A stretch of DNA of 64,000 nt from Lachnospiraceae bacterium (lineage in GTDB: Bacteria; Bacillota; Clostridia; Lachnospirales; Lachnospiraceae): contig JAFLTE010000011.1 in assembly GCA_022510565.1 (NCBI GenBank), positions 20,793 through 84,792 of the forward strand. Direction: 5' to 3'. The notes under the pieces are model-generated. The model worked only from the letters and a program-made list of their open reading frames with translations, was not told the DNA's origin and did not search any database. Positions 48,278 through 58,585 of the stretch are shown here, piece by piece. Positions within the stretch are counted from its first letter, which is position 1, and each line of letters starts with the position of its first letter. Position numbers and translations under genes: made by a program.

Positions 48278-50272
48278 TCATGTCTCCTTTTTCTGGTGCG
48301 ATATCTTCTCATAATATCGTATCAGTTCGTTTAAGTCGGTGCTGTGCTCTAGCATAGAGGGGCGTCCCTGCTTTTCGTCCTCCAGGCAGCTGTGAATGAT
48401 GCGCAGAATCGTAGTCAGCTCCTGACTGAAATCGGAGCCCGGGAGCATTACATCCGGACGCGTTTTCATGGTGTCTAGGAAGAGAGCGTGTGCCTGCTCG
48501 ATCTTGCGCTCGAGGAAGAGTGATGCAAGCTGCTCTTTTAAAGAGAGGGTTTCCGCCTTCTCCTGTGTAAATCCGATAGGAGCCTCGTAATATGTCAGAT
48601 TCCGATATCGTATCCATACATAGATAAGCTGCTCAGAGAGAAAACCGTAGACTCTCTTGTGATAATCGTCATAAGTGCTGACATCAATCTTTTTCTCTGC
48701 AACTGCAAAGACAGAGAATAGCCACTCAGCATATTCATCAAACAATGTCTTCGTTGTAACGAAGAGGTTGCCGCAATAAAGTTTACGGTCCGCAAGCACT
48801 TCCTCAAATATCGGTACACAGTCGGGATAAAGCATTGTAATTGCTTCTCCGACAGCCTCCAAATCGTGAATGTTATGGGCTTCCGCATAGGTATCACGGT
48901 AGCATTGCCCGGAAGTGACAGGCTGTGAAATAATTACATCATATTTCTCCAGAATCGGCATAAAATCAGCCTTGGACATCAATCTGTTATGTTTGTTCAG
49001 GAAATATCTTCGATAATGACACAGACCGATATATTCCGTGTTTCGAACGTTCTTCCATGCCCAGTACAGCCCGGTGAGCTCACTGTAATAGGGATTGAGC
49101 TCGGAAATATTGTCACCTGTGTCATCACCCTGATATCCTAACTCCTCTTTCAGTGACCGTCCTACGTGCAGCGGATGATAGATAGGATCCTGCGGCATGT
49201 TAAATGACACGTGTGTCATAACATAAATCTGCAAAGTTCCCTTAATGTGTTTTAAGCGAATGGCACCGCAGACAGCGTTTAAGTCCTGCTCGCCGATGGG
49301 CAGATCCAGCAGCTGTAACAGCATCTGGTTGAGCTCGGTCACATAGTCTTTAATATAAGGGTTGTCGTGGTAGTCGGGAACCCTTTTCAACGTTTCTTCC
49401 TTCAGTTCGAGGAAGAAATCATAAGGAACATGCGTCAGGCGCAGACTGATCATCTTCATGGCGGCCAGATAGCACAATGTCAGGAACTGATATTCCAACT
49501 CTTTGCGGTATTCGGTCATAAAACCGCGATTCTCGCATTCCGTCCACATCATCTTATCCACAGTCAGAATGTCAAAATGATGGGTGGCGTTGGGTGACAA
49601 TACCGTGGAGGCAGGGTTGACGTAATAGTGATAGAGCCTTTCCTCCAGAATATATATTCTCTTGGCATAGAAGTATAACAGCGTGGAGAAAAAGTGATCT
49701 TCGTAGGCAAGCTGCTCAGGGAAAAAGATATTGTTCTGTATCAGAAACTCCCTCGTAAAAAGTTTGTCCCATACGCCGTATCCGATGGAGCCGCAGGCAA
49801 TAAAAGTCTTGCGCTTCTCCACAGTGTCAATCTCAAACATACGGTCGGCCTCACCAGTCAGTTTCGGTGCAAGTATCTGTCCGGAGAGTGCTGTATCTCG
49901 CCAGTTTTGGCACATAACAATATCGCAGTCATGTGCAAGCATCTTCTCATAGAGCTTTTCGTACATATCCGGCTCAACCCAGTCGTCGGAATCCACATAG
50001 CCCACATAGGGAGCGGAGGCATACTGTAAACCGATGTTTCTGGCAGTTCCCTGATGTCCGTTCTCGTCGCAGTGGATAATCATGACGGATTCGGGGTAAG
50101 AAGCCTCAATATCAGTGAGCTTGTCCCACGTGCGGTCAGTGGAACAGTCATCTATCATGATGATTTCCAACTTGTCGAACCCGATGGTCTGGGCAAGCAG
50201 GGAATCAAAACATCGGTCAATATATTTTTCCACGTTATAGCAGGGGATGATAATACTGATCAGCTTATCCAT
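48278..50272 (-). CDS. GT2 + DUF4422 (GT111-like) bifunctional glycosyltransferase
   Basis: N-terminal SIIIPCYN...YVDSDDW; C-terminal YVMTH...DDTGDNISELNPYYSELTGLYW...GLCHYRRYF...GFLSEQL. Confidence 0.88.
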   Translation of the reverse strand: MDKLISIIIPCYNVEKYIDRCFDSLLAQTIGFDKLEIIMIDDCSTDRTWDKLTDIEASYPESVMIIHCDENGHQGTARNIGLQYASAPYVGYVDSDDWVEPDMYEKLYEKMLAHDCDIVMCQNWRDTALSGQILAPKLTGEADRMFEIDTVEKRKTFIACGSIGYGVWDKLFTREFLIQNNIFFPEQLAYEDHFFSTLLYFYAKRIYILEERLYHYYVNPASTVLSPNATHHFDILTVDKMMWTECENRGFMTEYRKELEYQFLTLCYLAAMKMISLRLTHVPYDFFLELKEETLKRVPDYHDNPYIKDYVTELNQMLLQLLDLPIGEQDLNAVCGAIRLKHIKGTLQIYVMTHVSFNMPQDPIYHPLHVGRSLKEELGYQGDDTGDNISELNPYYSELTGLYWAWKNVRNTEYIGLCHYRRYFLNKHNRLMSKADFMPILEKYDVIISQPVTSGQCYRDTYAEAHNIHDLEAVGEAITMLYPDCVPIFEEVLADRKLYCGNLFVTTKTLFDEYAEWLFSVFAVAEKKIDVSTYDDYHKRVYGFLSEQLIYVWIRYRNLTYYEAPIGFTQEKAETLSLKEQLASLFLERKIEQAHALFLDTMKTRPDVMLPGSDFSQELTTILRIIHSCLEDEKQGRPSMLEHSTDLNELIRYYEKISHQKKET

Positions 50273-50330
50273 AGCGGATTCCTTTCATCGGTAATTTGGC
50301 GTGAATTGTTGCATCTTACCAGGGTAATAG

Positions 50331-52547
50331 TTACAGTAGTTTAGCCAGTTCGGCGGCGCGGTATGCCCATGTGTGGTGAGCTGCAGCATTGTGATAGCCA
50401 CAGTCCGCGATATGCTGCATGTGGTCGGGATCCTGTAACAGACCGCTCACAAGCTCGGGCAGTTTCTCCAGCGTAGCCAAAGAGTAAAACACAATGTCTT
50501 CCCCGTCGGTAAACTGTTCCTTGAGATAGATGCTGTCATCCGTAACGCATACGGCTCCTTGCAGCATAGCGTTGAAAATTCTCTCGCTTCCGCCGTTCTT
50601 AAACCATGACATCTGATTTAGCACGATCTTACTGTCTTCCATCAATGCAAGCCCTTCCGCAAAGGAAACAGGCGCATGACATTTGAAGTTCGAATGTCCG
50701 ATCAGGTCGGTCTGATTCCAACCTTCGCCGTATACAGATACGGTAATGCCTGACTCAATCAGGGCACGAATGATTTCCAATCGATACATGGAACTTAAGT
50801 TGGTCTCCACAAAGCGATGCTTCTGAATTATGAGTTTCAGTTCATCATCCGATAAGTCCGGTTGAATGTTTTTTAAAACCGTTTCCATCGCCTGTTCCAA
50901 GGTCTTGTGCGGATTAGCAATCATATCGTCCATAATCGTTTCGTCTATGGTGTCATAGACATAGTCGCTATGATATTTATAGCTGCCGATGAAGAGTACA
51001 TCAATAGCACGGTCGATAATCGATTTCTTTGGTTGACCCGGATGCAGTTCTTCGCCGCCGGTAGGCAGGAAGAACGATTTGTGCACGGTGGGGTAGAAAC
51101 GATCCACATAATCCACATGGTTTCTGTCTGAGCAGACAACAATACCCTGTGTCGGACTTTGGTCCAGTGTGTCATAATAGTACATTGGGTGGTCTACCAA
51201 CAGATTATAGCAGGGAACGTTCCATTTATCCCACAGCGATCCTTGTCCTTCTACGGGCATGAAAAAACCTCGGTTATTGAAGGTAATTACCGCATCGACG
51301 CTTTTCTCGTGAAACAGAAAGAGTTTCTCGGCATTATCGGTAAATTCTTCCTGCGTTGCCGTAGCGGGAAAGACAAAGGTTTCATAATCCATATCATGAA
51401 ATGCCTGCCGGTACTGTTCCATGATATATTGCAGAATAAAGACATCACTTCCAAACAGTACCAGACGCTTGGTGCCTGATTGCGCTTGTTCTGCGGATAA
51501 CTGCGCTGCTTTTTGCATGGCAGGCGGGTAGGCGCCGCACTTATGATAGTATGCAAGAGCATTATCGGTATCGCCCAGTTTCTCGCAGATGAGACCAATC
51601 TGGTAGAAACTTAAGAAGCTGTTGGCACCATGGAATTTAGAAGTCTCAAAAGTAGTCGCCTTAATGAACTGCTCGACTGCCTGAGGGTACATTTCGTTAG
51701 CTGTGTAAATGCGTCCCATCAGGTAGACGAAGTCTGCGGTGGTGGCAAACTCCTCATAAATCTGCTCGAATCCCAACGCAGCCTCCGACTGTCCTGTGTG
51801 AAGCAAGGCGTTTCCGTAGGATATGACCATAGCTTGTACATAGGCAAGAGATGGGTCCACGTCGAAGTAGAGTCCCTTGCCGTAATATTCGCAGGCAGAC
51901 TCATAGTCCTTGACAATTTCGTATCCTTTGCCGAGCTGGTAATAGACATAGGGATTCTCAGGCTCCTGTTCAAGCTGTTTGTGAAGCAGAGTCAGGTTAC
52001 GCTTACTCTTGGCAAACTCTTCCTCCGGCGTCATATCGTAGCCGGTATGTTCTATTGTTGTATGTAACAGAAAGCAGGGAAATTCCTTGCCACGAATGGG
52101 CGTCAACTGCTCATGGATAATACCTGTATAGTGATAGAGTTTCTTATTAAAGAAACGCTCCGTATGATCTGTGTTGTTCAAGACAAGTTGACCGTTCTGA
52201 GTGACAAGATTTTCTCTGGAGATAGCCCCCACACTGTCGGAGTGGTGTTTGCGGAAATAGTTCAGCTCTTCCACGTCAATTTTCTTAATCCATTCGTCGC
52301 AGTCCAACATAAAAATCCAGTTATTGCTCGCTTCCCGCAGGGAGAAGTTCCTGGCTGCGGAGAAATCGTCGCACCATGCGAAGTCCAGTACCTTGTCGGC
52401 GTATTGAAAAGCAATCTCTTTGGTACGGTCTGTCGAACCGGTATCCACCACAACAATCTCAAAGCCGTAAGGTTTGATGGATGCCAGACATTTTTCAATG
52501 CGTTTCTCTTCATTTTTTGCAATAATACATACAGATATTGGATGCAT
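50331..52547 (-). CDS. GT2 + TPR + CgeB-like GT-B fusion protein
   Basis: N-terminal GT2 (LDCDE), central TPRs, C-terminal VDHP...SKIVLN...ERIFNAML...HTW. Confidence 0.88.
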   Translation of the reverse strand: MHPISVCIIAKNEEKRIEKCLASIKPYGFEIVVVDTGSTDRTKEIAFQYADKVLDFAWCDDFSAARNFSLREASNNWIFMLDCDEWIKKIDVEELNYFRKHHSDSVGAISRENLVTQNGQLVLNNTDHTERFFNKKLYHYTGIIHEQLTPIRGKEFPCFLLHTTIEHTGYDMTPEEEFAKSKRNLTLLHKQLEQEPENPYVYYQLGKGYEIVKDYESACEYYGKGLYFDVDPSLAYVQAMVISYGNALLHTGQSEAALGFEQIYEEFATTADFVYLMGRIYTANEMYPQAVEQFIKATTFETSKFHGANSFLSFYQIGLICEKLGDTDNALAYYHKCGAYPPAMQKAAQLSAEQAQSGTKRLVLFGSDVFILQYIMEQYRQAFHDMDYETFVFPATATQEEFTDNAEKLFLFHEKSVDAVITFNNRGFFMPVEGQGSLWDKWNVPCYNLLVDHPMYYYDTLDQSPTQGIVVCSDRNHVDYVDRFYPTVHKSFFLPTGGEELHPGQPKKSIIDRAIDVLFIGSYKYHSDYVYDTIDETIMDDMIANPHKTLEQAMETVLKNIQPDLSDDELKLIIQKHRFVETNLSSMYRLEIIRALIESGITVSVYGEGWNQTDLIGHSNFKCHAPVSFAEGLALMEDSKIVLNQMSWFKNGGSERIFNAMLQGAVCVTDDSIYLKEQFTDGEDIVFYSLATLEKLPELVSGLLQDPDHMQHIADCGYHNAAAHHTWAYRAAELAKLL

Positions 52548-52640
52548 AATTTTATTCTCCATGTTATTATAGTATCATATATTGTGAAATAAATCCATGA
52601 GGAGTTATGCGCCGAAAACGTGCGCGGAAGTGAGGTTGTT

Positions 52641-53867
52641 ATGAGTGCACAATCAGAAGAGAAAGTCAGTGTGGTCATTCCGACATATAACAGGGAAGCT
52701 ACTATTGGGGCCTCGATTCAAAGTGTTTTAAATCAGACGTGGCAGAATTTGGAGATCATCATTGTGGATGACGGCTCGACAGATAGCACGCGACAGGTTG
52801 TTGAAGCATTTGCGGACGATAGGATTCGCTATATTTGTCAGGAGCAAAACGGCGGAGCTTCTCATGCCAGAAATACAGGAATCAGACTGGCTGAGTGTGA
52901 GTTTGTTGCATTCTTGGACAGTGATGACGAGTGGCTGCCGGAGAAACTGGAGAAGCAGATGGAGGCAATGGTTAAGGCATCGGAGGATGTCGGATTGGTT
53001 TATTGTCGTATGAGGGTATTGCGGGGAGACCGTGACCCTGTTATCTGTCCGCCCCTGTCGATGGAACAAGAGCGCTTAGAGGGCAATCTGTTGACGCAGC
53101 TGGCAGTACAGAATGTGATTGGAACGCCGACGATTCTGGCGCGGAAGAAGTGTCTGGAGCAGGTAGCCGGATTTGATGAGAATTTAAGATGCCTGGAAGA
53201 CTGGGATATGGTCTGTAGGATAGCAGAGCACTGGACGATTGGATTCGTGGACGAGATTCTCGTTGACGTCCATGACTCGGAAGGCAGTGTTACCTACAAT
53301 GCCAAGGGCTATATGGAAGCAAGATGCCATTTAATAGCGAGATATGATAAGCTGTTGGCACAGAGGAATATTCTGGAAAAAATGATAATGGACGTGCTTG
53401 TCATTGCACAGGAGGACGGATATTTTGAGGAAGCAGAGAAATTACTGTCCAAAGTCTTGCTGCGGAATATGGATACTAATAAGCTGCGGAAGAAAATAGA
53501 TGAGTTGTTTCGGACTCATTCCTATGACTTGTTAGAAGAAACACTTTTGCTATACAAGGATATTACCGAGAAAGATAACGATTTGGCCACGGTTTATTAT
53601 CTGTTGGGTATTTATAAGCGTGAAAAAGATGCGGGACAGAGGACGATTCTGAATAAGGTGGATTCGGTTTCCACGCTGTTGGAGCGCTATACAGTATTAA
53701 AATTTTATCTAAGAAGAATGGATTTCAATTTCATTGGTGACAGCTTACAGGATTTTTATCAGTTTATAGTCCGGAACGAAGTGTCCGTATATGAACTGTT
53801 GACGGTAATAGAATACAGTGTGGTACATAAGGAGAAGGTGCGTAAGATGATTCAGGGAACAGTGTGA
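52641..53867 (+). CDS. glycosyltransferase family 2 with helical C-terminal domain
   Basis: SVVIPTYNR, VDDGSTD, ARNTG, FLDSDDEW and EDWD motifs. Confidence 0.9.
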   Translation: MSAQSEEKVSVVIPTYNREATIGASIQSVLNQTWQNLEIIIVDDGSTDSTRQVVEAFADDRIRYICQEQNGGASHARNTGIRLAECEFVAFLDSDDEWLPEKLEKQMEAMVKASEDVGLVYCRMRVLRGDRDPVICPPLSMEQERLEGNLLTQLAVQNVIGTPTILARKKCLEQVAGFDENLRCLEDWDMVCRIAEHWTIGFVDEILVDVHDSEGSVTYNAKGYMEARCHLIARYDKLLAQRNILEKMIMDVLVIAQEDGYFEEAEKLLSKVLLRNMDTNKLRKKIDELFRTHSYDLLEETLLLYKDITEKDNDLATVYYLLGIYKREKDAGQRTILNKVDSVSTLLERYTVLKFYLRRMDFNFIGDSLQDFYQFIVRNEVSVYELLTVIEYSVVHKEKVRKMIQGTV

Positions 53868-53882
53868 GAAGGGGAAGAGGAC

Positions 53883-54536
53883 ATGAACGACAAGATGTTT
53901 TGCTTTATTATATGTAGTAATGACAGCTTATATACGCAAGAGTGTTTATATTATATCAATCGGTTAAATGTGCCGGAAGGATATGAGGTCGATGTGCTGA
54001 CGGTGGAGGACGCGCACTCCATGACGGCGGGATACAATGAGGCGATGAGCTGTTCTGAGGCAAAGTATAAGGTATATTTGCATCAGGACGTGTTTATTAT
54101 AAATTCGGATTTTATACAGGACTGCCTGAACATCTTTCAGAGTGATGCAAAGATAGGCATGATAGGAAATGTGGGAGTAGAGAAGATGCCTGTATCCGGC
54201 ATTATGTGGGATGGGGAACGTTTCGGTCAAGTTTATGAACAGCACAACTATGAGACCGTTCTGTGGTTCAATGATATCAAGAACGGGAAAAGCTGTATGG
54301 AAGTACAAGCGATAGACGGCTTTCTGATGGTGACACAGTACGATGTACCATGGAGGGAGGACTTGTTTGATAAGTGGGATTTTTACGACTGCTCCCAGAG
54401 CATGGAATTTATCAAGCATGGGTATAAGGTAGTTGTACCTAAAATGGACGAGCCGTGGTGCGTGCACGATTGCGGTTTTGTGAGCCTTGGGAATTATGAG
54501 GAGGAGCGAAGAAAGTTCGTGGAGGAATACCTGTGA
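53883..54536 (+). CDS. GT2-like (StrF/Glyco_tranf_2_5) glycosyltransferase
   Basis: FIICSN, SMTAGYN, YLHQD, IDG and WDFYD motifs. Confidence 0.85.
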   Translation: MNDKMFCFIICSNDSLYTQECLYYINRLNVPEGYEVDVLTVEDAHSMTAGYNEAMSCSEAKYKVYLHQDVFIINSDFIQDCLNIFQSDAKIGMIGNVGVEKMPVSGIMWDGERFGQVYEQHNYETVLWFNDIKNGKSCMEVQAIDGFLMVTQYDVPWREDLFDKWDFYDCSQSMEFIKHGYKVVVPKMDEPWCVHDCGFVSLGNYEEERRKFVEEYL

Positions 54537-54642
54537 GCAACATTTTATTGACTAATCGTATGATAAAAGACTATACAGAATCAGAGCCGGATGGCTGTCC
54601 GTTGGTTTCGAACCGGTATAGATGGGATTTCGGGTAGACAAT

Positions 54643-55830
54643 ATGAAACTGTTACTATATTCATGGAAAGCCAACAATGAACAGATTTTGGCGGACAACT
54701 TAATAAAACTTGGATTTGAGGTCTCATGGTTTGATAAGGTGTGCAAACATTTTACCAGGGATATGGAGCTGGCGGCGAATATGATACCTTACATTCATCG
54801 AGAGGATATAGAGGCGGTTGTTTCCTTCAACTATTTTCCCATTATTTCCATGATCTGTGATACATGTAATATACCTTATTACGCGTGGGTGTATGATTGT
54901 CCGCATTTAACGTTATATGCGCGACAGATAACGCTGACCTGTAATCGCATAGGTATCTTCGACAGGGAGATGGTGAGAGAACTGCAGGACAAAGGTGCGC
55001 AGACCGTGTATCACGCGCCGCTATCGGTGGATGTGGAGCGTTTTGCTCAGATGATTCATGGGTCGGGGCACAGGAGTGTCAAATCGTTTCATAGCGATAT
55101 CTCTTTTGTAGGATCTCTATACACGGATGACCACAACTATTATGACAGACTCTTGGATGAGAAGTGCAAGGCGGTTTTAGATGGGGTTATTCGCAGGCAG
55201 TGTTTCTGTTATGACAGAGACATTCTTGGTGAGGCACTTAATGCGGGCGAACTGGATATGAGTCTCATACAGGTGAAGTTGGAAGAACATGGCTTGATGT
55301 TGGGAGAGGATTATTTTGCAGATGCGGAGGAACTTCTTAAGGCAGTCGTTCTGGAGAAGAAGGTGACAGTGGAGGAGAGAAGGACTCTTCTGACGCGGAT
55401 TGCGGAGACTTTCGGGAACAGCCATCAATTCAATTTGTACACGGCATCGGCTCTTGATGTGTACCCGCTTCTTAAGAAGCATCATAAGGGGATTGTAGAC
55501 TATCATAAGCAGATGCCTCTCGTCTTTGCACACAGTAAAATAAATCTGAATCTCACACTACGATCAATCCACTCGGGTATTCCGCTCAGAATGCTCGATA
55601 TTATGGCGTGTGGTGGGTTTGTGATAACGAACCGGCAACCAGAGATAGTGGAGTATTTCGAGGACGGGCGGGATGTAGTGACTTTTACGAGTGTGGAGGA
55701 ATGCCTTGATAAGATTGGCTATTATTTAGCACACGACGAGGAGCGCCGGGCGATTGCAGCTGCGGGTCAGCAGAAGGTTCGGGAATTGTTTTCTTATGAA
55801 AAAGGGTTGGAACGACTGTTTAATGTGTAA
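54643..55830 (+). CDS. CgeB-like/DUF3880 glycosyltransferase
   Basis: SFNYFP, WVYDCP, DISFVGSLY and SKINLNLTLRSIHSGIPLR motifs. Confidence 0.88.
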   Translation: MKLLLYSWKANNEQILADNLIKLGFEVSWFDKVCKHFTRDMELAANMIPYIHREDIEAVVSFNYFPIISMICDTCNIPYYAWVYDCPHLTLYARQITLTCNRIGIFDREMVRELQDKGAQTVYHAPLSVDVERFAQMIHGSGHRSVKSFHSDISFVGSLYTDDHNYYDRLLDEKCKAVLDGVIRRQCFCYDRDILGEALNAGELDMSLIQVKLEEHGLMLGEDYFADAEELLKAVVLEKKVTVEERRTLLTRIAETFGNSHQFNLYTASALDVYPLLKKHHKGIVDYHKQMPLVFAHSKINLNLTLRSIHSGIPLRMLDIMACGGFVITNRQPEIVEYFEDGRDVVTFTSVEECLDKIGYYLAHDEERRAIAAAGQQKVRELFSYEKGLERLFNV

Positions 55831-56998
55831 TCAACATTTCCCTTACCCTATGCCGGAATGTATGATTTGCAGCCACTTTATCATGCCCATTCGCCGCGAT
55901 TGCCATTCGTTCATCTTCATGTGTAAGGTAGTAATCGATTTTATCAAGCAGGTCTTCCTTACTCTCGTAGTAGACAAAGTCTTCTCCCGGAATGAAATCG
56001 TCCAGAAAATCTGCCTGAAAGTTGCTGAGCAGGAATCCACCGCTTCCCAAGATATCGAAAGCACGGAGCGGTATACCGCTTTTAATACTTCGCAGAGAAA
56101 TATTCAGGTTAATTTTGCTGCGTTTAAACACAAGAGGCATCTGGTCGTAATAGTCAACCGTTCCGTGGTTGGTGAGATTCGGCATGGTAAAGCTTTTGTT
56201 AGGTGTAAATAAGTCAAAATGAAAACGTTCTGTGACGGCGCGAATCAGTTCTGTGCGCTCCAGACCGGTAATCTTGCGGTTGATGACATACTGCGCATAG
56301 AGGTATTCCTTAGTCTCCACTCCGTCGGGATTGGGATCCATCGGAAGAGCCCTATAAAGGTCGTCCATAATGGGAGACAATGACTCCTGAATGAAGTTAT
56401 ATCCCTGTATTTTCATCTGGGCAGACATGATAGCATCCAGATAGCCCTTTGTGTAGTCGGATAAGGTAGTCATTCTCTCGAAGAAGTTGTGCTCTTCGGT
56501 ATAGAGCGAGCCGATAAAGGATATATCATACGAAAATCCGGGCTGCGTCGAGTTTTGAGTCGTTGTGGTGTCAATATTTGCCGCAACAAGTTTGTCCAAA
56601 CGCTCGGTGTTGGCAGCCATGGGCATATAGCGGACGGTCTGTATGCCTGCATTGTGAAATTCCATATACAGCTCTTTGTCAAAAATATAGATAACATTGC
56701 AGGGATTGATTACAGTGTAGGAGTAGAGCATCACATACGGACTGTCATATATCCATGAGATGTAACGTATGTCTTCCTTTTTACATACGTTAGAAATGAC
56801 GGGGAAATAGTTAAAAGAGAAAACAACGTCCGGGGTCTCCTTATGCAGAACGGACGACAAGTCCTGCTCCAGTTCAGCGTCGCGTCTGCCGTCCCTGTTG
56901 GAGAAGGGGTAGGAGACTACTTTGTGGCCCTCTGTCTCAAAAGCCGCCTTAATATCATCATTCCCAAAACTTTTCCACTCAATAAACAGTATTTTCAT
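55820..56998 (-). CDS. CgeB-like/DUF3880 glycosyltransferase
   Basis: FSFNYFP, WIYDSP, DISFIGSLY, SKINLNISLRSIKSGIPLRAFD and HTF motifs. Confidence 0.88.
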   Translation of the reverse strand: MKILFIEWKSFGNDDIKAAFETEGHKVVSYPFSNRDGRRDAELEQDLSSVLHKETPDVVFSFNYFPVISNVCKKEDIRYISWIYDSPYVMLYSYTVINPCNVIYIFDKELYMEFHNAGIQTVRYMPMAANTERLDKLVAANIDTTTTQNSTQPGFSYDISFIGSLYTEEHNFFERMTTLSDYTKGYLDAIMSAQMKIQGYNFIQESLSPIMDDLYRALPMDPNPDGVETKEYLYAQYVINRKITGLERTELIRAVTERFHFDLFTPNKSFTMPNLTNHGTVDYYDQMPLVFKRSKINLNISLRSIKSGIPLRAFDILGSGGFLLSNFQADFLDDFIPGEDFVYYESKEDLLDKIDYYLTHEDERMAIAANGHDKVAANHTFRHRVREMLITH

Positions 56999-57037
56999 AG
57001 AATCTCCTGCGCCGATTTTGCGTTTGACGTTCCTTGC

Positions 57038-57415
57038 TTAATTCCGAAGAGAGGCTTTCTCTGCATGCTCTTTAATCTTCTCAAAAGTCTGTGCACTTAA
57101 GTCGTGCTCGATTTTGCAGGCATCCTCTGCGGCGGTCTTCTCATCCACTCCCAGTGACACAAAGAAATTTGTCAATACCTGATGCCTGTTGTAGATATCG
57201 GAGGCAATTTTAAGCCCGGAGTCGGTGAGCGTAATGAACCCCTCCTTGTCCACCAGAATATAGCCGTTTTCACGCAGTTTTTTCATAGCCACGCTGATGC
57301 TGGGTTTGGTGTAGTTCATCTCGGTGGCAATATCGATGGAGCGAACCTGCCCGATGCGCTCCTTCAAGATGAGTATCGTCTCCAAATAATCTTCCGCTGA
57401 TTGGTGTATTTCCAT
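57038..57415 (-). CDS. DtxR/MntR-family metal-dependent regulator (short form)
   Basis: SAEDYLETI...RSIDIA...KPSIS...RH..L..F...AAEDACKIEH. Confidence 0.92.
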   Translation of the reverse strand: MEIHQSAEDYLETILILKERIGQVRSIDIATEMNYTKPSISVAMKKLRENGYILVDKEGFITLTDSGLKIASDIYNRHQVLTNFFVSLGVDEKTAAEDACKIEHDLSAQTFEKIKEHAEKASLRN

Positions 57416-57439
57416 GTTAATTCCCCTTTCAACTCCGTG

Positions 57440-58510
57440 CTACGGCAGGAGTTTAAGACGTTTTACCGCGGGTTCGTAGTTACCGCACCTGCGATACGCT
57501 TCCTTCGCTTCCTTTGTGTGTCCGGTGCACTCATAGATGACACCAATGTTATAATACGCCTTGTAACTGTTAACACCGTCCACTGCAAACTCTTCTATAG
57601 TGGTAGCTTTTGTAAACTCTTGGACGGATTCATCAAACAATCCATTGTTCATGTAGATAAGTCCCATCAGGAACACGAAGTCGGCTCGTTTTGAGAATTC
57701 CTCATACACACCGAGCAGATTTAGTGCGTCCTGATTTCGTTTTAAGTCCAGAAGTGTGTAGCCGTAGGATTCTACCATCGTTTGTACATAATCAAGAGCG
57801 GGGTCCACATCCATGGATAATCCTAAATCAAAATAGTAAAAGGCCTTCTCATAGTCATGTATCTTACGGTAGCTCTGGCCGAGCTGATGATAGATGTATG
57901 GGTCTTCACCCTGTGTCGCCAATTCCTGCTCAAGAAGAGCAATGTTACGTCTGGATTTCTCCCGCATCTCCTCTTCGGAACCGTCATAGCCCACATGCAG
58001 AACGGTAATGGGGGCGTCGTAGACATACTTTACGGGCGATAATTTTCCCCCGGGTACACCGTAAGGCACCAGTTGCTCATGGACAGCTCCTTCGAAACGG
58101 TAATGCCGTCTGTTCACAAAGCGGCTGACCCGAACCTGTTCATAGGCAGTATGACCGTTTTCGGTAAAGCGGTTGCGGATGAGAATACGTCCCGCAGCCG
58201 TAGGATGCGACTCCATGAGAGTGGCAAGTGCAACTCGATCTATAGACTCAATATATTCGTCACAATCAATAGAAAGTATCCAATCGTGGGAGGCTTTCTC
58301 CATGGCATAATTCTTGGCAGCGGAGAAATCATTGCACCAGTCAAAGCGATAAATGCAGTCTGTGTAGCGTTTCGCCAGTTCCACGGTCTTGTCAGTAGAG
58401 CCGGTGTCCACCAGCACAATCTCAAATCCGTAAGGCGCAAGATGCTTACAGCACTCTTCTATATGTTTTTCTTCGTTCTTTGCTATAATACAGACTGATA
58501 TGGGTGGCAC
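57440..58510 (-). CDS. GT2 + TPR glycosyltransferase
   Basis: ISVCIIAKNEE, IDCDE and GAVHEQ motifs, TPRs; paralog of 45959-47017. Confidence 0.9.
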   Translation of the reverse strand: MPPISVCIIAKNEEKHIEECCKHLAPYGFEIVLVDTGSTDKTVELAKRYTDCIYRFDWCNDFSAAKNYAMEKASHDWILSIDCDEYIESIDRVALATLMESHPTAAGRILIRNRFTENGHTAYEQVRVSRFVNRRHYRFEGAVHEQLVPYGVPGGKLSPVKYVYDAPITVLHVGYDGSEEEMREKSRRNIALLEQELATQGEDPYIYHQLGQSYRKIHDYEKAFYYFDLGLSMDVDPALDYVQTMVESYGYTLLDLKRNQDALNLLGVYEEFSKRADFVFLMGLIYMNNGLFDESVQEFTKATTIEEFAVDGVNSYKAYYNIGVIYECTGHTKEAKEAYRRCGNYEPAVKRLKLLP

Positions 58511-58585
58511 GGTATACCTCTATTCATTAATGTAGTTTACATAATATAAAACGTGATGGTTTGTATCACATAACAACATAAATTC

